The position numbers were made by a program, and so were the translations under genes. Source: Nostoc sp. PCC 7120 = FACHB-418 (GTDB lineage Bacteria; Cyanobacteriota; Cyanobacteriia; Cyanobacteriales; Nostocaceae). Taken from it: a DNA stretch of 32,000 bases. The stretch is taken from positions 1,620,001 through 1,652,000 of the forward strand of contig NC_003272.1 of the NCBI RefSeq assembly GCF_000009705.1, in the 5' to 3' direction. This document shows positions 26,301 to 32,000 of this stretch, piece by piece (positions within the stretch are counted from its first letter, which is position 1; every line of letters begins with the position of its first letter). The notes beneath the pieces were generated by a model. It was not told the origin of the DNA. It ran no database searches and saw only the letters and a program-made list of their open reading frames with translations.

Positions 26301-26309
26301 AAATCATAG
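23304..26309 (+). CDS. Secreted beta-propeller (YVTN/YncE-like repeats) fused to a phosphoesterase-family (PLC/AcpA-type) domain
   Basis: 1001 aa with an N-terminal anchor/signal (YFLLSLLVAVAVVVSSVQIVTAQ). Repeated motifs are SPDG.TL.V.N..., ...LYVANGNSDTISVID and ...LYVTLAGENAVAVVD. The phosphoesterase motif VIYVLKENRTYDQVLGDL lies near nt 24850, with HDHFGD and EDDCQNGPDHVDSHRS later. Confidence 0.8.
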   Translation: MFNFQRKRYFLLSLLVAVAVVVSSVQIVTAQLATSRVGDLPEGGALLPTGQVITPAAAPGSTFDRLATGLRSDNNADAAEAVTTALSPDGKTLLVLTSGYNLNFRNQNTGANLTYPVLDPVTGQPTATTTRKAEWVFVFDVSSGKLVKRQQINIPNTYNGLAWAKDGSRFYVSGGIDDRVYVYAANGNQYIANAPFILLGHNSNQTDPFPSYDGGLLKNTPANRVTTGAVVAGLAVSPDGSTLVAANFENDSISLVNTANRQVTEEIKFFKPGDQVPTGEFPFDVALKSTTNGAAAKVFVSSQRDDEVVAVDVASRVITRIPVGSQPNKILLSADQNKLYVANGNSDTISVIDTNSNRVIGTISLSRPNDKYVGSSPNSLALSPDERTLYVTLAGENAVAVVDLRSGRVSGRIPTGWYPNSVSVSQDGRKLFVVNAKSNSGPNPSQSRTTPAGLARNTTFRNEYNWALEKAGIAVIPVPSAGSLAALSRQVDKNNGFDNRRPDRTMRFLQGKIKNVIYVLKENRTYDQVLGDLPIGNGDPALTLLPEPISPNHHKLALDFVTFDNFYDSGESSGVGWNWSTYGRTTDYTEKTQSVLYGNAGFNGLTYDYEGLNRNINIALPQTNSTSQFNTRVTGVLDPSGRSSILPGTKDVNAPIGDGEISPNSVGGYLWDAALRAGKTVRNYGFYVDGFYGTNQADPTKPDPSDPLYVPISPTPAVDNIQQAVAAKTVLLDKTDNYFRGYDMKNADIYLYNEFARDIDKYLANNTLPNLTMVRLPHDHFGDFNNAVAGLNTVPLQMADNDYAVGLLVEKISKSPAWKETAIVILEDDCQNGPDHVDSHRSIAYIISPYTKRKVLISTNYNTVSIIRTMEDLLGIGYLGMNDANAKPMSDAFTREPDFTPYTAVVPGNLCTAPVDPNLVPACQDPNVPKTAAIPSLHDKQWWAQATKDFYFEVEDKVDADAFNRVLWSGIKGDNVPYPTERSHADLRQNRAQLVANQAKS

Positions 26310-26356
26310 TCAATATCAACAAGAACTTACTAGTTTAAGTTAACTGTAGTAGCTAC

Positions 26357-26389
26357 ATAAGCCCGGCTTTTTCCAAAAACCGGGCTTAT
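26357..26389 (+). terminator. Stem-loop downstream of the 1001-aa gene
   Basis: ataagcccgg (26357-26366) is the exact reverse complement of ccgggcttat (26380-26389), with a 13-nt loop. No clear U-run follows. Confidence 0.45.
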
Positions 26390-26439
26390 CAATTTAAATG
26401 GAAATGTCAATTTTTATTTTTATTTTGATTAATACTGCT

Positions 26440-26467
26440 AAAAAAAAAGACCCACATGATGGGGATC
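26440..26467 (-). terminator. Intrinsic terminator of the PEP-CTERM gene
   Basis: On the minus strand the imperfect hairpin gaucccc-aucau-gugggucu is followed by nine U (plus-strand A-run 26440-26448). It lies 36 nt past the stop codon. Confidence 0.6.
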
Positions 26468-26502
26468 TAATTCACGAAAATATTATGATTTTTAATTAGA
26501 TT

Positions 26503-27027
26503 TCAAGCAGCTTTTTTAGCTGGCTTAACTTTTCGTGAACTTAGCCAACCAATACTGCAAACAGTTAAAGTACTAACTAAAGTTGCAGGTTCAGGAATGG
26601 GACTATAAGAAACTGCATTACTGAAAGTTTGATTACCCACTATAAAATCATATCCAGCAATTTCATAACTGATTGCTGGATTAATTTTGTTGTTAAATAA
26701 GTATGACAACCCAAAAGGTGAATTACCCGCTACTGTTGTGAATAAAATTGGGCCTAGTGCTGGATAATCCAAATCATCCTGTGCAGTATAAACAGTCTGA
26801 ATATCATTATTAAATGTGAAATTCAAGAACTGCACCGGTGCTGTGGGAATAGCTTCATTACTAAACGTTGAGTTATCAAAACCAAAAATACCTCTGCCAC
26901 TAAATATATTACTGTTGACATTGAAAGCATATTTTATGCTTGCAGCTTCTGCTGCTTGTGTATCTACAGCAGCAAAATTTAGGGCTAAACTAGTGGCAAC
27001 TAGCGTTAATGTCGGAACTAATTTCAT
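26503..27027 (-). CDS. PEP-CTERM sorting-domain secreted protein
   Basis: 174 aa with a signal peptide (MKLVPTLTLVATSLALNFAAVDTQAAEA). The C-terminal PIPEPATLVSTLTVCSIGWLSSRKVKPAKK gives PEP, a TM helix and a basic tail. Confidence 0.85.
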   Translation of the reverse strand: MKLVPTLTLVATSLALNFAAVDTQAAEAASIKYAFNVNSNIFSGRGIFGFDNSTFSNEAIPTAPVQFLNFTFNNDIQTVYTAQDDLDYPALGPILFTTVAGNSPFGLSYLFNNKINPAISYEIAGYDFIVGNQTFSNAVSYSPIPEPATLVSTLTVCSIGWLSSRKVKPAKKAA

Positions 27028-27362
27028 ATTTACCTCCAGCTAAATTATTGTGTAGACGCTTGGCCGATTGTGGTTAGACATCACTCTTCAATATGTGTTG
27101 CAAGTACGAGTTATTTCTCAATACTTACAGCTAGCTGAATTTAAATTAATAAGTTTAACTTGAATTTAATAACAGGTAAAAATTTATGGAAATTATTTAC
27201 CCAGCCTTTTATCTCACCGTTCGCGCAATCGAGGATGAGTTTGGTGAAATAGATGAAACAAGGGCGAGTATCTAAGCAGGCGATAAGCGTTCGCGTAGCA
27301 TCTCTACGAGATGCTTATTCCTTTTTCAAGAAACAGTATTTCCTGGGGGCTGAAGAGTAATG

Positions 27363-27391
27363 ACTTTAGTCCTAATTGTCAGAACTAAAGT
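27363..27391 (-). terminator. AU-rich hairpin downstream of the kinase operon
   Basis: actttagt (27363-27370) and actaaagt (27384-27391) are 8-bp complementary arms about 33 nt past the stop codon. There is no strong U-run. Confidence 0.3.
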
Positions 27392-27423
27392 TCTCACCAA
27401 CACTTTTATTTATGGCAAATATA

Positions 27424-28719
27424 TTAATCTATGGGTAATTCAATCATAAACTCTAGACCTGCCCCTGGTTGGGAATGACATGATATTTTGCCGTGATGAT
27501 TAACAGTAACAATTTGGTAAGCTATCGATAGACCTAAACCAGTGCCTTTACCGATGGGTTTCGTTGTGTAGAAGGCATTAAATATTTGACTTTGCATTTC
27601 TTCACTAATACCTCCACCATTATCGGCAATTTTGCAAATAATTTGTTCTCCTATTAGCTCAGTTGTGATCCTGATAACACCAGTATTTTCAGAAATTTCG
27701 TAATAATTTTGATTTTTTTGTGTTTCTTCAATAGCATCAATGGCATTGGCGATTAAATTCATAAATACCTGGCTAATTTCACCGGAATAGCATTCAATCA
27801 AGGGTAAATTACCATATTTTTTGACAATTTCAATGGCAGGACGTTCAGAATTGGCTTTTAGTCGATGTCCGAGAATTAGGAGTGTATTGTCTATTGCTTC
27901 GTGGAGGTTAGCTAGTTTCTTACCTGTTTCTTTGTGTCGAGAAAATTTGTTTAATGAGGAGACAATTTCTTGAACGCGATCTGTACCCACGCGCATTGAG
28001 TTAATCACATTAGATAAATCATCTAATAAATAAGTTAAATCAGTTTGATTAATTGCATTTTGAATTTCAGCAGGTGGATTGGGAAAATGCTTTTGATACA
28101 GATAAAGTAAATCTACTACTTCTTGTACATACTTTTGCACAAAATTTAAGTTGCCCGCAATAAAGTTAATGGGGTTATTCACTTCATGGGCAATCCCGGC
28201 TGCCATTTGACCCAAACTAGCAATTTTTTCGGTTTGAATCAGTTGGCTTTGAGTTTTTTGCAGTTCAACATTTTTGGCAATTAAACTTGTTGTTAAATGG
28301 CGCAATTTTAGCTGGTGTTCTATTCTCACCAATACTTCTTCATGCTGAAAAGGTTTAGTGATATAATCTACTGCTCCTAGTTGAAATCCTTTGACCTTAT
28401 CGGCAGTTTCTGATAGCGCAGTCATGAATACCACGGGAATATCACAAAAACGCTGGTCACTTTTAAGACGTTGACAAGTTTCAAAACCATCCATACCCGG
28501 CATCATTATATCTAATAAAATCAAATCGGGCAATAAATCATTTTCTAATCTTTGTAAGGCTTTTTCACCACTGCGCGCCGCCCAAACTTCAAAACTAGAG
28601 TCATCTAAAAAACTCGATAAAACTTGCAAATTGTTGGGATTATCATCAACAGCTAAAATTATGCCCTTGATAGGTAAGTTATCGCTAAAATAATTCTGAT
28701 TGCTTACAGTCGCTCTCAT
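27424..28719 (-). CDS. Response-regulator receiver / histidine kinase fusion
   Basis: 431 aa. REC domain (ILAVDDNPNN...LILLDIMMPGMDGFE...K), H-box AAGIAHEVNNPINFI and an HATPase domain (NLIANAIDAI, DNGGGI, GTGLGLSIA). Confidence 0.9.
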   Translation of the reverse strand: MRATVSNQNYFSDNLPIKGIILAVDDNPNNLQVLSSFLDDSSFEVWAARSGEKALQRLENDLLPDLILLDIMMPGMDGFETCQRLKSDQRFCDIPVVFMTALSETADKVKGFQLGAVDYITKPFQHEEVLVRIEHQLKLRHLTTSLIAKNVELQKTQSQLIQTEKIASLGQMAAGIAHEVNNPINFIAGNLNFVQKYVQEVVDLLYLYQKHFPNPPAEIQNAINQTDLTYLLDDLSNVINSMRVGTDRVQEIVSSLNKFSRHKETGKKLANLHEAIDNTLLILGHRLKANSERPAIEIVKKYGNLPLIECYSGEISQVFMNLIANAIDAIEETQKNQNYYEISENTGVIRITTELIGEQIICKIADNGGGISEEMQSQIFNAFYTTKPIGKGTGLGLSIAYQIVTVNHHGKISCHSQPGAGLEFMIELPID

Positions 28720-31151
28720 GCCATTTCTACCTCATATTGTGTCAAAAACTCAAGGATTACATCCTCGTCAAATTGTCTGGCTAATTGTCTAAGTTGATGA
28801 GCGAAAGTAGCCAAGTTTGTATCTTCTGCCTCTAGTTGATCTGCACATTTGATAATGGCGTTAAAGTTACCCTTTTTCGCTAATGTCAACAGTTCTCGTA
28901 ATACTTCTGGTGGAGGAGTAATTAATTGTGTTGATGGATCATTGTTTTGAGTTACTACATCTGAAATTGCTTGAGTTTCAGACTCAGAAGGTTGATAAAT
29001 CCAGACTAAATTTAAATGACGTTCTAATTGACGCAATAATTCATTTGCCTGTATGGGTTTACTGAGAAAGTCATCACCACCAACTGCCAAGCTGCGATGT
29101 TGATCAGATTCAAAAACACTAGCGGAAGAAACAATAATTTTGAGATTCTTAAACTGGGGTATTTGTCGCAGATTTTGAATTAATGTAAACCCATCCATTT
29201 CTGGCATGAGTAAATCTGTGATAATTAGGTCTGTTGAAATAGCGATCGCTTGTTCTAAACCATCTTGACCATTGACAGCTTCCATTATTTCAAAACCCAA
29301 TGGTTGCAATAAATCATTCAAGACTGTACGATTTTCCCAGCGATCGTCTACTATCAAAATTCTGCGGGGATTTCCCTCAAAACCAATGATTTTTCTGGCT
29401 GAGGTAGTCATCATTGACTGTACCCATTCATTGGTAGCTACCATCTCCAATTCAAACCAAAAGGTGCTACCATGTCCTACTTGACTTGTGACATGGATAT
29501 CACTCCCCATCATCTGCACTAACTGACGAGTAATAGCTAAACCCAGTCCCGTCCCTTCCGTCTGACGCTTTTTTTCACCTACCTGTTCAAAAGGTAAGAA
29601 AATTTTGCTTAATTCTGCGTCAGTGATGCCAATGCCTGTATCTTCTATACAGTAACGAATACGGTGTTTGACTGGTTTTTGCGTAGAGGATTCCTCAATT
29701 GTCTCAACTTTCAACTTAACTTGACCGTGATCAGTAAATTTAATCGCATTACCTAGCAGATTTAACAGCACTTGACGTAACCTTTTGGCATCAATATGCA
29801 GCCATATAGGTAAATTACTGGCAGGTTCATAGACAAACAAAATATCTTTTTGTGCAGCACGAATTTGGCAAATTTCGGCAATACCTTGTATAAAAGACGG
29901 AAAATGCACATCTTCGCCATGTAGTTCTAGTTTCTTGGCTTCAATTTTGGCAAGATCCAAGATGTCATTAATTAAGGTCAGCAGATGGGAACCACATTGT
30001 TCAATAATATTGATGTGATGTTGTTCTTGCTCAGGTAACGTGGAAGAACGTTGCAAAATTTGCGCGCAACCCAAAATCCCATTTAAAGGCGTTCTCAGTT
30101 CATGACTCATGTTAGCTAAAAATTCGCTTTTGGCATGGTTAGCTAAATCAGCCGCCTCTTTAGACTTTTTCAGTTGTGCCTGTTCAAAAGCTTGCACTCG
30201 CCACAAAACAGTAATCATGGTGATAGTTAATCCGCCCACAATCAACGCAATTAAATCTAGAAATTGCAGCCGAGATTCAATATTTTCACGGGGAATCACC
30301 AAAGCCACAGACCAATTAGCAGCCTTTAATGGTATATAAGCAATATATTTTTGTTTACCGTCAATTGCCATTAACTCAATTCCCTGCTGTTTGTTAACCA
30401 TGCGTTGGGCGATCGCTTGTAAACTATGGTCATTAATTTTCAGCAGACTGGGGGCAGGTTTTTCGATAGTGGACATTAAAGTCGAGTCAGGATGAACAAT
30501 CACCTCCCCTTGGGAATTGAGGGCGAAAGCGTAGCTATTTTTACCGTAGGTGAGAGAATTGATCACCTTTGTAATATGGTCAACTTTGACGCTACCGTGA
30601 AACACTCCTATGGGTGAATTGGAAGTTGATAGAATCGGAGTAGCGATCGCAATCAAGGGTATTCCTGTAGAACGGCTAATAAAAGGATCAGAAACACTGC
30701 TTTTTCCTGCTATTCCCTGTTGAAAGTATTCTCTGTCCTTAACATTGTTGTTTGCGCGTCCTGACTTTGTCGTGTAGTAAGAACCATCCGCAATTGACAT
30801 TTGGAATAAGAAAAATTCTTTGATTCTCTCAACTTCAGTCTTTAAATAAGGTTCTGCGACAGCCCAATTTAAGGAGCGTACAGTTGAAGTATTTGCTAAA
30901 GTTTTTACCTCGACTTTGCGAACACTTAACCACGCCTCTATTTGATCAACTCCTGTTTGTACTTCCAGAAAAGCATTCTGTCGTATATCTGCTAGTGCCA
31001 TATTGCGGGCAGCTAAATAGCTAAAGTAGGCAGAAATACTGACAATCAGAGTTGTACCGCCAAGAATAAATCGAATGAGAAAATTCCGTGATGATTGCTT
31101 TCTAGGGTGAGATTTTAGTGAAATTGAGTCATGGCTTGCCAAAGGTTTCAT
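28716..31151 (-). CDS. Hybrid sensor histidine kinase (TM - Cache-like periplasmic domain - TM - HisKA - HATPase - REC - C-terminal helical module)
   Basis: 811 aa. Two TM helices flank an extracytoplasmic domain of about 250 aa. H-box FLANMSHELRTPLNGILG. HATPase motifs NLLGNAIKFT, DTGIGI and GTGLGLAI. REC motifs ILIVDDRWENR and IITDLLMPEMDG. Its stop overlaps the downstream start by 4 nt (ATGA). Confidence 0.9.
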   Translation of the reverse strand: MKPLASHDSISLKSHPRKQSSRNFLIRFILGGTTLIVSISAYFSYLAARNMALADIRQNAFLEVQTGVDQIEAWLSVRKVEVKTLANTSTVRSLNWAVAEPYLKTEVERIKEFFLFQMSIADGSYYTTKSGRANNNVKDREYFQQGIAGKSSVSDPFISRSTGIPLIAIATPILSTSNSPIGVFHGSVKVDHITKVINSLTYGKNSYAFALNSQGEVIVHPDSTLMSTIEKPAPSLLKINDHSLQAIAQRMVNKQQGIELMAIDGKQKYIAYIPLKAANWSVALVIPRENIESRLQFLDLIALIVGGLTITMITVLWRVQAFEQAQLKKSKEAADLANHAKSEFLANMSHELRTPLNGILGCAQILQRSSTLPEQEQHHINIIEQCGSHLLTLINDILDLAKIEAKKLELHGEDVHFPSFIQGIAEICQIRAAQKDILFVYEPASNLPIWLHIDAKRLRQVLLNLLGNAIKFTDHGQVKLKVETIEESSTQKPVKHRIRYCIEDTGIGITDAELSKIFLPFEQVGEKKRQTEGTGLGLAITRQLVQMMGSDIHVTSQVGHGSTFWFELEMVATNEWVQSMMTTSARKIIGFEGNPRRILIVDDRWENRTVLNDLLQPLGFEIMEAVNGQDGLEQAIAISTDLIITDLLMPEMDGFTLIQNLRQIPQFKNLKIIVSSASVFESDQHRSLAVGGDDFLSKPIQANELLRQLERHLNLVWIYQPSESETQAISDVVTQNNDPSTQLITPPPEVLRELLTLAKKGNFNAIIKCADQLEAEDTNLATFAHQLRQLARQFDEDVILEFLTQYEVEMA

Positions 31152-31242
31152 ACCCGTGAAAATCAGGATAAGTAGAAAACTATACTTAGATTGCCCAATT
31201 AGCCTTTGATAATCACAGGTGACAGGAGGAAGGGGACAGGGG

Positions 31243-31389
31243 CAATACGGTTCGGTTAAGGGATTTCTGGGTTAAGGCAGGCAAGGGGAAGTAAGGGGAG
31301 AAGAGAAGCAGGGGAAGAGAAAAATTATGAAAATAACCTCCTTTCCTCCCCTGCCTCCTCTGCTTCAAGAGCTTATCCGAACCGTATTG
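31243..31389. repeat. Long-range inverted repeat enclosing purine-rich/pyrimidine-rich tracts (MITE-like hairpin)
   Basis: The reverse complement of cttatccgaaccgtattg (31372-31389) is caatacggttcggataag. This matches caatacggttcggttaag (31243-31260) at 17 of 18 positions. The interior holds GGGG-rich runs (31281-31320) facing cctcctttcctcccctgcctcctctgcttc (31337-31366). Confidence 0.7.
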
Positions 31390-31552
31390 GGGGCAGGGGG
31401 AGAAAGACTCTTGTCATCGTCTTTACCATCAACATTGAATAATTTATTTTCTGGAAGTTCCTTATTTCACACCACCACAAAAGATAGCCTTGAATTCAGG
31501 GAATTATCAATATAGTGCTGTATCTATAATGGACGGTAGGAGGAGTAAACCT

Positions 31553-32000
31553 GTGAAATCGTTTTGGAATGCAAGTTTTGAGGGAATTTTCTGGCTCTGG
31601 AACCTGACATTTTTATCATTAGTTTACTTAGGGATATTACCATTTGTCGGTGTGCCATTAGTTCTGGCAACCGCTAGGGGTGATATACCAATTGAATTTT
31701 CCTTAGCTTTAGTTACTTTAATTGCCGTTCCCACAATTTCCAGTATTATCGGTGGCTGGTGTTTTCTTCAACAACCTGTAAAACTAATCCGCCTATTTTA
31801 TGGTGTAGAAGCCCCACTATTTGTCTTGTGTTTATTGCGCTTGTTTTTGATTCGAGAACTCACCCCTGCTAGTAGCCAAATTTTACTGACGATGGGTGTT
31901 TGTATTGCTGCTTTTGCGGGAGAACTATTTTGGGGTTATGCTTCTCGGCGCAAAATTGGTTTGCAATGGGTACAAATGTTAGCCCATACATTAATGCTGG
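31553..32000 (+). CDS. Polytopic membrane protein, N-terminal part (3' end beyond the window)
   Basis: The frame is open from 31529 to the window end. My translation, VKSFWNASFEGIFWLWNLTFLSLVYLGILPFVGVPLVLATARG...LFYGVEAPLFVLCLLRLFLIRE..., is strongly hydrophobic. AGGAG at 31541-31545 lies 7 nt before GTG 31553. An in-frame ATG at 31529 is an alternative start. The ORF is not in the track because no stop falls inside the window. Confidence 0.55.
   Translation, partial: MKSFWNASFEGIFWLWNLTFLSLVYLGILPFVGVPLVLATARGDIPIEFSLALVTLIAVPTISSIIGGWCFLQQPVKLIRLFYGVEAPLFVLCLLRLFLIRELTPASSQILLTMGVCIAAFAGELFWGYASRRKIGLQWVQMLAHTLML

Noticed and set aside
27186-27275. 29-codon ATG ORF (MEIIYPAFYLTVRAIEDEFGEIDETRASI) in the spacer
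   Set aside because: It has no SD, no recognisable family and lies in a repeat-containing spacer. It is possibly a gene remnant, but I cannot support it.
31327-31515. 62-aa ORF from the track
   Set aside because: It is a translation of the pyrimidine-rich arm of the inverted-repeat element, giving a proline/leucine/serine low-complexity product. It lies in the divergent promoter region.
1-32000. Search for tRNA, rRNA, transposase, integrase, toxin-antitoxin or known defence genes
   Set aside because: I recognised none in any spacer or ORF. Small structured RNAs cannot be excluded without covariance-model scans (Infernal/Rfam, tRNAscan-SE).

Overview
This window looks like chromosomal DNA from a heterocyst-forming cyanobacterium of the Nostoc/Anabaena lineage. 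By eye I count 35 perfect HIP1 octamers (GCGATCGC). Many intergenic spacers are filled with 7-nt STRR-type tandem repeats. A short GTG-initiated ORF absent from the ORF track encodes a PetG that matches my memory of the Nostoc sp. PCC 7120 protein. There are about 24 credible protein genes. A housekeeping block holds a cytM-like c-type cytochrome, petG, rsmD, hisH, a C15 peptidase-like gene and a ROK polyphosphate glucokinase. Next come an orphan bacterial-type PARG macrodomain gene, a creatininase-family gene and a 2TM protein gene. The best candidate for an undescribed system is a four-gene cluster at 9070-14631: a sigma-70-like gene, a DUF1822-like gene, a CHAT-CHASE2 membrane protease-sensor gene and a secreted DUF928-like gene. 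Downstream lie the Ca-dependent subtilase PrcA with a divergently transcribed stand-alone copy of its N-terminal prodomain, and an Fe(3+)-type ABC importer. The window ends with an internally duplicated membrane protein, a 1001-aa beta-propeller/phosphoesterase fusion, a PEP-CTERM protein and two translationally coupled hybrid histidine kinases. I recognised no rRNA, tRNA, CRISPR array, transposase or integrase. All family assignments come from motif recognition by eye and from memory, not from database searches.
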